Positions 55,367 to 64,000 of a DNA stretch of 64,000 bases are shown here, one piece after another; positions within the stretch are counted from its first letter, which is position 1, and each line of letters starts with the position of its first letter. Source of the DNA: Chitinophagales bacterium (GTDB lineage: Bacteria > Bacteroidota > Bacteroidia > Chitinophagales > JADIYW01); NCBI GenBank assembly GCA_035515235.1, contig DATJBS010000024.1, positions 1,634 through 65,633 on the forward strand, given 5' to 3'. The position numbers and the translations under genes are program-made. A model generated the notes under the pieces. That model was not told where the DNA came from, ran no database searches, and saw nothing but the letters and a program-made list of their open reading frames with translations.

Positions 55367-57166
55367 TTATTGCTCCGACAAACCATTCAATAAAATCTCT
55401 GTTTTCTTTTTACCAATCAAATCTTCAATGATTTTTGGATCTGATTCTTTTATTTTCTTCACCGAACCTATTTTCTTCAGAAGCAATTCTGCTGTTTTTG
55501 GACCAATTCCTGCGATGTCTGTCAAACCAGTTTTGATAGTTCCTTTAGATCTTTTATCTCTATGGAAAGTGATTGCAAATCGATGTGCTTCATTTCTAAT
55601 ATGCTGTAAAACTTTGAGTGACTCCGATTTTTTATTGATATGTAACGGAAAGCTATCTCCAGGAAAATAAATCTCTTCCAATCTTTTAGCGATAGAGATG
55701 ACTTGTATTTTAGTGTCTAAATCCAATTGTCTTAAGCTTTCTACTGCCATTCCTAATTGACCTTTTCCTCCATCGATGACTATAAGTTGAGGCAGAGGTT
55801 CGTTTTCTTCTAATAATCGTTTGTACCTTCTGTAAACAATTTCCTTCATCGAATCAAAGTCGTTCGGACCTTCGACTGTTTTGATATTATAATGTCGGTA
55901 CTCTGATCGACTAGGTAAAGTGTTTTTGAAGACCACCATAGAAGCCACTGGAAAATATCCCTGAATATTAGAGTTGTCAAAACATTCGATATGATAAGGG
56001 AGTACTTTGAGTCTTAAATCTTCTTTCATGATTTGGAGCACTCTTTCCTCATTGGTGATATTTTTATTTTTCTTGATTTCGTTATTCTTAATGAAGAATG
56101 CATTTTTATAGGCTAAATCTATCAGTTTTTTCTTGTCGCCCATTTTGGGAACATGATAAGAATATTCACCGATATGATTTTCTTCATCTAATTCAAATGG
56201 GAGAAGGATAGGATCGTTAGTGGTAGATTTTAAGATAATTTCCAGTACAGCTTGCTCTAAAAGATATTCTTTGGATTCTTCTAGTTTCCGTTGTATAATG
56301 ATGTTTTTCGTTTTGATGATAGTTCCTTCATATACGTACATATAATTGATAAAGGCTTTTTTCTCATCTTCATAATATCCAAAAATGTGGAAGTTGCCCA
56401 ATCCTGGATTAATGATATTGGTTTGTTCCATGTACTCATTCAGCGAGGAAAGCTTTTTTTTCCAATCTTCTGCAATTTCAAACTGTAGATTTTCGGCAGC
56501 TACTTCCATGTGTTCTTTGATGACTTGTCTAATGACTTTAAGTTTGCCATTAAGAATCGCCCGAATTTCATCAATGTTTTTCAAATAGTCAGCTTCTGTT
56601 TGTTTCCCTTCACAAGGACCTAGACAGTTTCCAATATGATATTCTAAGCAAACTCTAAATTTTTTTTCTTGGATGTTTTTCTGAGTGAGGTTGAGGCCAC
56701 AATTCCTAATTGGATATATCGTTCTGACAAGTTCCATCAGAGATCTTACATGAAACAGAGAAGTGTAAGGACCAAAGTATTCAGATCCATCGTTGATATA
56801 TTGTCTAGTGAAATAAACTTTTGGAAAAGGCTCGTTAGTGATTTTTATAAACGGATAGCTCTTGTCATCCTTTAATGCAATATTATATTTAGGCTGATGT
56901 TCTTTGATGAGTGCATTTTCTAAAAGAAGTGCATCTCTTTCTGAATTGACGACATGATGTTGAATGTCTGCAATCTTGCGAACTAAAACTCTAGTTTTAT
57001 TATTATGCTGAGCATCACTTCTAAAATAACTTGTAACTCTCTTTTTTAGATTTTTTGCTTTCCCTATATATAATATAGTCCCTTCTTTATCGTAATAGCG
57101 ATAAATACCTGGTAATTCTGGAAGAGCATTGACTAACTCCTCAATATTTAGGAGTGGAGGTTTCAT
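55367..57166 (-). CDS. uvrC: excinuclease ABC subunit C
   Basis: GIY-YIG N-terminus (PGIYRYYD...YIGKAKNLKKRV), a UVR domain, and a C-terminal HhH (GIGPKTAELLLKK). Confidence 0.95.
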   Translation of the reverse strand: MKPPLLNIEELVNALPELPGIYRYYDKEGTILYIGKAKNLKKRVTSYFRSDAQHNNKTRVLVRKIADIQHHVVNSERDALLLENALIKEHQPKYNIALKDDKSYPFIKITNEPFPKVYFTRQYINDGSEYFGPYTSLFHVRSLMELVRTIYPIRNCGLNLTQKNIQEKKFRVCLEYHIGNCLGPCEGKQTEADYLKNIDEIRAILNGKLKVIRQVIKEHMEVAAENLQFEIAEDWKKKLSSLNEYMEQTNIINPGLGNFHIFGYYEDEKKAFINYMYVYEGTIIKTKNIIIQRKLEESKEYLLEQAVLEIILKSTTNDPILLPFELDEENHIGEYSYHVPKMGDKKKLIDLAYKNAFFIKNNEIKKNKNITNEERVLQIMKEDLRLKVLPYHIECFDNSNIQGYFPVASMVVFKNTLPSRSEYRHYNIKTVEGPNDFDSMKEIVYRRYKRLLEENEPLPQLIVIDGGKGQLGMAVESLRQLDLDTKIQVISIAKRLEEIYFPGDSFPLHINKKSESLKVLQHIRNEAHRFAITFHRDKRSKGTIKTGLTDIAGIGPKTAELLLKKIGSVKKIKESDPKIIEDLIGKKKTEILLNGLSEQ

Positions 57167-59373
57167 TAATCATTAAATTGACTTTCTAAACTCATTTCCT
57201 CTAAAGGTACAAAACCTTCATAGTAATTATCAGCATCGTCTTGACACACATTTTTTACTAATGTAGTGTCTGATGGCGTAAAGAACTTAGCAGTCTCAAT
57301 ATCTTTGAATGCGGCATTTTTGACTACTTTTTGGAAGAAATTTCCCCAAATCGGTAAAGCTGCTGATGCTCCTTGTCCTAAATAAGTCGTTTTAAATCTT
57401 AAAAATTGTTCGTCATTTCCTACCCAAACTCCGGCGACAAGATTAGGAGTATAGCCCATGAACCATGCGTCTACGTTCTTATTGGTAGTACCTGTTTTTC
57501 CTGCCATTTGAAGATCACCCATATTGTAATTTCTCTTCAATCTATTACCAGTTCCTCCAGGTTCTATGACTCCTTTCATCAGGTCTATCATTTTATAGGC
57601 CGTATTATTTCCAAAAGCTTCGACTCTTTTAGAGACAAATAGTTTGATTAAGTTTTTGTTTTTGTCTTCGATTCTAGTGAGCATGATAGGTTCTGTTCTA
57701 ATTCCACCAGATGGGAAACAGCTGTAAACAGTCATCATTTCATATAAAGAAATATCACCAGCTCCTAAAGCGATTGCAGGATATGCAGGCAGTTTTGTTT
57801 GTATACCCATTCTTTCACCCATATCTACCATGGCGGAAGCTCCGAGGTTTTGTACCAAATACGCAGCACAACCATTATCAGAAGTGGCTAAGCATTTTTT
57901 AAGGGATTTGTATCCACCCGAACCTGTTACAGACCAGTTGCCAATAGTGACAGTACCAGCAGGAACAGAAATACATGGAGACCAACCATTGTCGATGGCT
58001 AAAGTGTATAGAACAGGCTTGTATGTAGATCCTACTTGACGCTTGGTGTTGATATTGACGTGGTCAAATTTGAAGTATTTGAAATCTATACCACCTACCC
58101 AAGCTCGCACATGTCCATTTTCAGGATCCATCGCCATAAATCCTGTCTGTAAAAACAACATATGATATTTGATAGAATCCAATGGAGTCATAATAGTATC
58201 TATTTCTCCTTTCCAAGAGAATACTTTCATCTTAGTTTTAGTATTGAAGCTCTCATCAATTTCGGTATTGCTCATGCCAGCATCTTTAGATCTTCTGTAT
58301 CTATCTGAACTTCTTTTGGTCAATGCTAATCTTTCTTTGCCTATACCTTTCTCAAAAATATCTGAACCTTTGTATTGATTTGAAAACAGTTTTTGATAAG
58401 AAGACAAATGTTCTTTGACTGATTCTTCTGCATATCTCTGCATTCTTGAATCTATCGTAGTATATATTTTCAATCCATCTTTATAGATATCGTAAGTTGA
58501 GCCATCTTGTTTAGGATTCTCTTTAAAGTACTTCTTCAAATCTTGCGCTAATACTTCTCTAAAATATGGTGCTAATCCTTCTACGTGACTGATAGGAGTG
58601 AAGTCAAGAATGATATCTTTTTTACTTAAATCATCGTATTGGTTTTGAGTGAGGTAATTATTTTTTACCATTTGACTCATCACCACATTTCTTCTTCGTT
58701 TAGAATCATTAGGATTTCGAACAGGATTGTATGCACTTGGAGCTTTAAGCATTCCTACTAAAACCGCAGATTCAATGATATCAAGATCTTTCGGTTTTTT
58801 ATTAAAATATACTTGCGCAGCACTATGAACGCCTACTGCATGATTGACAAAATCTACAGTATTGAAATACATGGCAATGATTTCATCTTTCGTATATCTT
58901 CTTTCTAGTTGTATAGAAATGATGTATTCTTGAGCTTTTTCTATTATTCTTTTAAAAATACTTCTGTGGCCTGCTTTATTGAACATGTTTTTAGCAAGCT
59001 GTTGCGTAATTGTACTTCCTCCACCTTCACTACCCAATAAAAATATCGCCCTGAAAGTAGCTCTTAAATCAATGCCTGAATGATTGTAAAAACGTTCATC
59101 TTCTGTTGCTACTAATGCATGTACTAAATTTTCGGAAAGGTCTTTAAATTCAATATTGGTACGATTGTCTATATAGTACTTTCCAATCATCACTCCATCT
59201 GAAGAATAGATTTCTGATGCGAGATTAGATTTAGGGTTTTCAAGCTCTTCTATATCAGGAAGTTTACCGAATATGCCAAAGCTTGTCAATGTAAAAAACA
59301 AGATGATGCACAATACTCCGATTCCATATCCTTTCCAAAGTAACTTGGTATTAAAACTCAATTGATTTTTCAT
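57166..59373 (-). CDS. mrcA: penicillin-binding protein 1A (bifunctional glycosyltransferase/transpeptidase)
   Basis: GT51 motifs EDERFYNHSGID, GGSTITQQLAKN, RRRNVV. TPase motifs GSTYKP, SDN, KTGTT. Confidence 0.9.
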   Translation of the reverse strand: MKNQLSFNTKLLWKGYGIGVLCIILFFTLTSFGIFGKLPDIEELENPKSNLASEIYSSDGVMIGKYYIDNRTNIEFKDLSENLVHALVATEDERFYNHSGIDLRATFRAIFLLGSEGGGSTITQQLAKNMFNKAGHRSIFKRIIEKAQEYIISIQLERRYTKDEIIAMYFNTVDFVNHAVGVHSAAQVYFNKKPKDLDIIESAVLVGMLKAPSAYNPVRNPNDSKRRRNVVMSQMVKNNYLTQNQYDDLSKKDIILDFTPISHVEGLAPYFREVLAQDLKKYFKENPKQDGSTYDIYKDGLKIYTTIDSRMQRYAEESVKEHLSSYQKLFSNQYKGSDIFEKGIGKERLALTKRSSDRYRRSKDAGMSNTEIDESFNTKTKMKVFSWKGEIDTIMTPLDSIKYHMLFLQTGFMAMDPENGHVRAWVGGIDFKYFKFDHVNINTKRQVGSTYKPVLYTLAIDNGWSPCISVPAGTVTIGNWSVTGSGGYKSLKKCLATSDNGCAAYLVQNLGASAMVDMGERMGIQTKLPAYPAIALGAGDISLYEMMTVYSCFPSGGIRTEPIMLTRIEDKNKNLIKLFVSKRVEAFGNNTAYKMIDLMKGVIEPGGTGNRLKRNYNMGDLQMAGKTGTTNKNVDAWFMGYTPNLVAGVWVGNDEQFLRFKTTYLGQGASAALPIWGNFFQKVVKNAAFKDIETAKFFTPSDTTLVKNVCQDDADNYYEGFVPLEEMSLESQFND

Positions 59374-62300
59374 TTATAATTTTCTTGATAGAATAATTGG
59401 TATTCTTCTAAGTTTTTGTTGCTAAACAATTCTTTGAAATTGTCTTGCGAAATTAGGAGTATTTCTGCGTTTATTACAGCGTCTTTAATAGTTAAGTTTT
59501 CTGAATTTTTGATAATATCTTTAGCGCTTTTTGCAGCTTCTATATCGTTGAATTTTTTAATGAGCAACAACGGTGTTTTAGAATCTAAATAGGAATTGCT
59601 CCCTCGAATTCTTTGATTTGGAAAAACTTCTTCCATTTCAGAATTAATCGCTTCTACCAAAGTAGCATTGTTTAATTTGCGATCATTCAATAAAATCATA
59701 ATAAAATGAAATTTGTCATCTAATTTAAATCTTATATTATCGTCAATTAGTTTTATCTCTTCAATTTTAGAGGGTTCTTTTTGAGTGAGTTTCATAAAAG
59801 AGCTGAGATAGATTTTGGCTTGAGCCGCTTCTGGAGTATTAGGGTATAATTTAATAATAGTTTCTAATGTTTTCTTATACTCTTCTTTTTCACCTAATTG
59901 ACCTAAACTCAAAGCTTCTAAAAAATTAATTTTAGGAAATAATGAATTGCTCTGAGGGAATTTTTGATAAAAATCTAATTTCCCTTTTAAGACTTCATCA
60001 TACTTTCCGTTTTGGTATAATTCATAAAGACCTTCATAATATTGCTCAGCTTGAGAACTGGATTTTTCATCTTTCTTGACGTATTTAACCTCTCTGTTTT
60101 TAAGAATTTTTTGAGTCAATTCATGATCAGGATATTTTTCAATCAATAGTTCTGCGATTTTTTCAGCAGCCTTCATTTGATCCAATTCTGTAAAAATCAG
60201 CATTTTAGTATAATAAGCTTTAGGCACTAAAGTGTGATCGGGAAAGCGTTGAATTAAACTGTCTAAATATCTGATTGCCGCTTGGGAATCTTTCAAATCA
60301 TAGAAAAAGTAATTTGCTCTTTTGAGGTAGCTTTCTGCTATAATATTATGACTAGCTTCTATTTCTTCGTCTGTAGATGGAATATTAAGCACAGGAACTA
60401 AAACTGGTGCAGATGCCGTATCTCTTAGTTTTTTGACAATATCTGTGATTCCTAAAGTGTTTTGTTGAATAGCTTCTGCTCTTCTCCAATCATTGATATA
60501 GGGCCTTTCTCCCCAAGTCTGTTTAAACTCATTGAATCCTTTTGTTCTGGAGTCAACATTATAAAAATACCATTGACCTTTACTAGTATACTGATCAGGA
60601 GAACTGTTGAAATTTGAATTGCTACCTATTCCTGCGGAGACATAAGTTGCATCATCTCCACTCATAGCATTGTTTTTTCTTCTGCTTTTACGCTCGACCT
60701 TATTCTGGTCTTTGATGTATTGTGCTAATTCTTCTCTTGTTAATTGTGAGAGATAAAGCAAGGAGTCTTGTTGAAATGCTTTGTCTTGTTGTTCAACTAT
60801 ATTTTTTAAAGGATTGACTATTGTAGTGAGTCTCTTTTTTAGAACAGAATCGATTTTTACGAATGAGCTTGCACTATCATAATACTTATGAGCATTTTTG
60901 TACAAGTATTGGTCATAAGCGATATCTCCAAGTTTAGAAAGCGCTTTAGCATTTTGACTAGGCATCGCTGAAGTATAAGTGATAGCTTTTTCAAGGTTTT
61001 TGATGGCTTGAGTAGTATCGCCATTTTGGAGAGCTAATTCTGCCAAAATATATAAAGCTTGATCTCCAACGGCTTTACTTTTTGTGAATTTCTTAAAAGC
61101 ATGAATGATTTCTGTAGTATCTTCTTGACCTACTTTTCCAGTTTCGACTAATTGATACATTTTTGCTAAAGAATTGTAGCTAACTTTTTCATCTTTCGCT
61201 TTTTTAAATAATTCTTTATAAATCTCATAAGCATGCTGTGGAGATGCATCAGTAGTCAATTGAGCTAAAAGGAAGTTGTAATAATTTTTCTCTTTTTTCT
61301 TTTTGATAAATGGAATAGCTTCTTCAAGAGCTTCCGCTGCAAACTTGATTTGACCAGTATTATAAAAATAGTAAGAGCGAACGATATGAATATCTTTCAA
61401 TTGTTTTTTTCTGAGTTTGACCAATGTTTTAGAATATTCAACAATACTTTCTGCATCAGCGTAATTCTTCTGCTTGATGAATGTTTTGGTCATCCAAACT
61501 AATGCTTCCGGCCTACTTTGTAAATGTTTAATCTTTTCCCACAGTGTCAATTTATGTATTGTCTCTAGTTGTTTTTGGGTCAAGCTGTCTTCTACGTTTC
61601 CAGCTTCGAGTTTATCTTTAGTGTATTGAAGTGCTTTTACCTTTTGTTCTGCTTTTTTAAGCTCTGCAGCACTGCCACCTTTTCCTTTACCATCAATAGT
61701 GATTCCTTCAGAAATTTTATCTAAAATATTAGAAGTAGAGTTTTTCTTTTTCTTTTCAGGTTTTGGAGAACTGCTAGAAGCGTTGGACGAATTGCTAGGT
61801 GGCTTATAAGTTCCTTTCGCTTTCTGCTTCAGCATTTTTTGCTTTGCTTTTATTTTACGTTGAAGCTCTTTCTCTTTTGCTTTGGCAACAGCTTCCATCC
61901 TCTTCTTTTTATCTTCCGCAGATTTGGCGGTTTGTATTTCTTTTTCCTTTTGTTTTTTATCTAATTCCTTTTTTTTGTCATTAGCTATTTTATTCATTTC
62001 CTTCTGACGAGCACCTTTTGCTTTAAGGATATCTTTTTGAGAAATAGCAGCTTTTTTACTGTTGAATTTTCCTCTCAATGCAGTAGATACATATTGGAAA
62101 TTTACTAAAGCACTATCCATCTCTCCTTTGAGAAAATATGCTTTCCCTAATAAAGTATAGCAATCATCTTTCCATCTAGAATAATCATGTCTTTGAAGAG
62201 TGACTCCTGTTTTGATAATAATCTGCTGTAGCTGACCAGAATTAGCTTTGAGCGAAGGAGGGATATCATGAAAATAATAAGGTAGAGTATCTTGATAATC

Positions 62301-62561
62301 TATAATAGCAACTCTCTCATGAGCTTTTAACATCTCATCATAGATTTGCTTGGCATTGAAGTAATAATTATTCCGCGTGGTGACATCGTCCCACCCCTTT
62401 TTCAATATACTGACCTCCTTTTTCTTCTTGCTTTTTTTTGAAGTTTGTGCATTCAAAGCATTGCCTTGGAAGAGGAAGCAGTATAAAACTGAAATTATTA
62501 ATCCTATATTTAACCACTTATGGTGGGACATCATTCTTTTTGTTCGCTTTAAGTAACGCAA
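59370..62561 (-). CDS. large TPR-repeat protein with a Lys-rich segment (possibly SprE/PorW-like gliding/T9SS-associated; unverified)
   Basis: Signal sequence, an N-terminal DDVTTRNNYYFNAKQIY motif, and multiple TPR-like helices. Residues ~170-330 are extremely K/E-rich. Confidence 0.4.
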   Translation of the reverse strand: MRYLKRTKRMMSHHKWLNIGLIISVLYCFLFQGNALNAQTSKKSKKKKEVSILKKGWDDVTTRNNYYFNAKQIYDEMLKAHERVAIIDYQDTLPYYFHDIPPSLKANSGQLQQIIIKTGVTLQRHDYSRWKDDCYTLLGKAYFLKGEMDSALVNFQYVSTALRGKFNSKKAAISQKDILKAKGARQKEMNKIANDKKKELDKKQKEKEIQTAKSAEDKKKRMEAVAKAKEKELQRKIKAKQKMLKQKAKGTYKPPSNSSNASSSSPKPEKKKKNSTSNILDKISEGITIDGKGKGGSAAELKKAEQKVKALQYTKDKLEAGNVEDSLTQKQLETIHKLTLWEKIKHLQSRPEALVWMTKTFIKQKNYADAESIVEYSKTLVKLRKKQLKDIHIVRSYYFYNTGQIKFAAEALEEAIPFIKKKKEKNYYNFLLAQLTTDASPQHAYEIYKELFKKAKDEKVSYNSLAKMYQLVETGKVGQEDTTEIIHAFKKFTKSKAVGDQALYILAELALQNGDTTQAIKNLEKAITYTSAMPSQNAKALSKLGDIAYDQYLYKNAHKYYDSASSFVKIDSVLKKRLTTIVNPLKNIVEQQDKAFQQDSLLYLSQLTREELAQYIKDQNKVERKSRRKNNAMSGDDATYVSAGIGSNSNFNSSPDQYTSKGQWYFYNVDSRTKGFNEFKQTWGERPYINDWRRAEAIQQNTLGITDIVKKLRDTASAPVLVPVLNIPSTDEEIEASHNIIAESYLKRANYFFYDLKDSQAAIRYLDSLIQRFPDHTLVPKAYYTKMLIFTELDQMKAAEKIAELLIEKYPDHELTQKILKNREVKYVKKDEKSSSQAEQYYEGLYELYQNGKYDEVLKGKLDFYQKFPQSNSLFPKINFLEALSLGQLGEKEEYKKTLETIIKLYPNTPEAAQAKIYLSSFMKLTQKEPSKIEEIKLIDDNIRFKLDDKFHFIMILLNDRKLNNATLVEAINSEMEEVFPNQRIRGSNSYLDSKTPLLLIKKFNDIEAAKSAKDIIKNSENLTIKDAVINAEILLISQDNFKELFSNKNLEEYQLFYQENYK

Positions 62562-62615
62562 TTTCTCAATTTTATTTTACTTTTCCATTTTTGGAAGTAC
62601 CATAAATAAAATAAC

Positions 62616-63476
62616 ATGAAAAATGATACCAATCAAAAGAAAGGTTTCTTCAAAAATATCAAATCATTATATAGGTTTCAAATTATTGATACAAATAATT
62701 ATGAAGTCAAATGGGTGATTGAAATGAGCAAACTCAATATGTTTGTATTGGGTTGGATTTGCATTTTCGTGTTACTTTTTTTAGCTTTTTTGTTTTTTGC
62801 TTTGACTCCATTGCGTTATTTATTACCGGGATATGTCGGTACAAATGCGACGGAAAAAAGAGAAATGATAGACTTGAGGGTGAAGACAGATGCATTAGAA
62901 GAAAAGATAAATCTTTACGACCAATATATATCCAATATTCAGAGCGTAATCAATGATAGTATAGGTTTGCATTCGGATTATTTACAAAGTTCAGATCGAA
63001 CTACATCTGATAGTGCTTATTACTTTCCGGAGGCGAGCAAATTTGAGGTCACTTATCGGAAAGATTTTGAGAAATTATTGAGTGGTGATCAAGCGGAAGA
63101 AAAGTCAGGATCGGTATTTATTCTAAAAAATATGCACCTGCCTGCAGAAGGGAAACCTATTATAAAAGAAGAGTCGGATAAGTATTCTAAAACGCTTAAG
63201 ATCAAAGCAAAAGGCGATGCGAGTGTTTATTCAGTATTGCCAGGAGTAATTATTGCACAATATTCTATAGGTGGTCAAAAACATATTTTTATCCAACATG
63301 ATTATAATATTTTGAGTATTTACAAATTTGAAGGTATATTAAAATTGGAAAAAGGAGAAAAGGTGATTTTGGGACAATTAGTAGGAGTAATGAGCGAAGA
63401 AGGGGAAGATGTTTTATCTTTCGATTTGTGGGAAGGAACAGAACCTATAGCTGCAGGACAATTTTTCAAATTCTAA
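62616..63476 (+). CDS. LytM/M23-domain protein with degenerate catalytic motifs
   Basis: One TM helix and a coiled coil. The C-terminal M23-like fold reads HIFIQHDYNILSIYKF...GQLVGVMSEEGEDVLSFDLWEG, so the usual HLHFE is replaced by LSFDLWE. Confidence 0.6.
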   Translation: MKNDTNQKKGFFKNIKSLYRFQIIDTNNYEVKWVIEMSKLNMFVLGWICIFVLLFLAFLFFALTPLRYLLPGYVGTNATEKREMIDLRVKTDALEEKINLYDQYISNIQSVINDSIGLHSDYLQSSDRTTSDSAYYFPEASKFEVTYRKDFEKLLSGDQAEEKSGSVFILKNMHLPAEGKPIIKEESDKYSKTLKIKAKGDASVYSVLPGVIIAQYSIGGQKHIFIQHDYNILSIYKFEGILKLEKGEKVILGQLVGVMSEEGEDVLSFDLWEGTEPIAAGQFFKF

Positions 63477-63485
63477 AGAGAAACA

Positions 63486-63872
63486 ATGTTTAAGTCAAAA
63501 ATAACTAAGAAAAATGTTGTCAATGCCGGAGGAGGAACCGTTGTAGCTAATCGAATCAACCAAGACTGTTCCATCAATGGTACTATTGTATCTACAACAG
63601 ATATCAGAATCGATGGCACTATCCATGGTAGTGTAAGCAGTGAAGCTAAAGTAGTGATTGGCCCGACTGGAAAAGTCATTGGTGATATTCAATGCGTAGA
63701 TTTGACCGTAGAAGGATCTGTCGAAGGCAATATTCATGTTTCAAGAACTTTGTATTTCAGAAAGACTTCCCAAATAGGTCCACATCTAGCAAAATTTCAA
63801 AAAATTATTATTGAAGAAGGAGCCACATTACAATGCCAACTTCTTCCTTTAGAAAACCTATCAAATACTTAA
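63486..63872 (+). CDS. bactofilin (polymer-forming cytoskeletal protein, CcmA-like)
   Basis: Repetitive beta-helix pattern: INGTIVSTTDIRIDGTIHGSVSSEAKVVIGPTGKVIGDIQCVDLTVEGSVEGNI. Confidence 0.8.
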   Translation: MFKSKITKKNVVNAGGGTVVANRINQDCSINGTIVSTTDIRIDGTIHGSVSSEAKVVIGPTGKVIGDIQCVDLTVEGSVEGNIHVSRTLYFRKTSQIGPHLAKFQKIIIEEGATLQCQLLPLENLSNT

Positions 63873-63873
63873 A

Positions 63874-64000
63874 ATGACACGACGACCTGATGAAAAAAAA
63901 GCTTTTAATTCCTGGGTAAGATATTCAGCGATAGGCACAGAGATGTTCGCTGCCGTATTTATTGGTGCTTTCGGCGGTATGAAAATAGATGAATGGATGG
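63874..64000 (+). CDS. AtpZ/AtpI-like small membrane protein, 3' end outside window
   Basis: An ATG at 63874 opens MTRRPDEKKAFNSWVRYSAIGTEMFAAVFIGAFGGMKIDEWM, which resembles AtpZ/AtpI-family N-termini. Runs off the window. Confidence 0.4.
   Translation, partial: MTRRPDEKKAFNSWVRYSAIGTEMFAAVFIGAFGGMKIDEWM

Noticed and set aside
55338-55670. 110-aa plus-strand ORF at the 3' end of uvrC.
   Set aside because: It is fully antisense to the conserved UvrC HhH region and has no motifs.
61560-62060. Extremely Lys/Glu-rich segment of the 1063-aa TPR protein (AAG/AAA-rich DNA).
   Set aside because: It is a low-complexity charged linker within one continuous ORF. There is no evidence of a separate element or of frameshifting.
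1-64000. Search for CRISPR arrays, rRNA or tRNA genes, integrase or relaxase genes.
   Set aside because: No regularly spaced 25-40 bp direct repeats, no tRNA T-loop/acceptor patterns and no tyrosine or serine recombinase motifs were found by eye in this window. The only tandem array (49691-49995) has ~100-bp units without spacers.

Overview
Low-GC Bacteroidota (Flavobacteriia-like) chromosomal segment in two parts. Bases 1 to ~24.6 kb are accessory DNA. They look like cargo of an integrative or mobilizable element, whose DUF3987-type primase/helicase gene is cut by the left window edge. The cargo is a stack of defence-type modules: (i) two unknown proteins plus an XRE HTH; (ii) an SNF2 helicase - DUF3800 - 166-aa ORF cassette, translationally coupled, just upstream of (iii) a complete type III R-M (Mod, Res) with a GxxExxY PD-(D/E)xK gene between mod and res; (iv) a 1616-aa sacsin/NOV-like GHKL ATPase whose stop overlaps the start of an SF1 (Upf1-like) helicase-PIN fusion, which I rate the best candidate for an undescribed system; (v) a convergent three-gene operon of small unknown proteins, one TIGR04255-like; (vi) a ~1.28 kb ORF-free, strand-asymmetric, hairpin- and repeat-rich region; (vii) two conserved unknowns and a thermonuclease. 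Bases ~25.2-64 kb are ordinary core genes: Rrf2-norCBQD, a RAYT-like Y1 transposase carrying a 44-bp perfect palindrome, DPP III, exbB-exbD-exbD-tonB, prolyl oligopeptidase, an envelope glycan cluster (GT4, YfhO, two methyltransferases), an oxidative-stress cluster (trx, peroxiredoxin, dps, oxyR), a 3-copy tandem repeat, ceramidase, a two-component system, uvrC, PBP1A, a large TPR protein, and a degenerate LytM protein next to a bactofilin. No rRNA, tRNA or CRISPR array was seen. All family assignments rest on motifs read by eye and on remembered family signatures. No database search was run.
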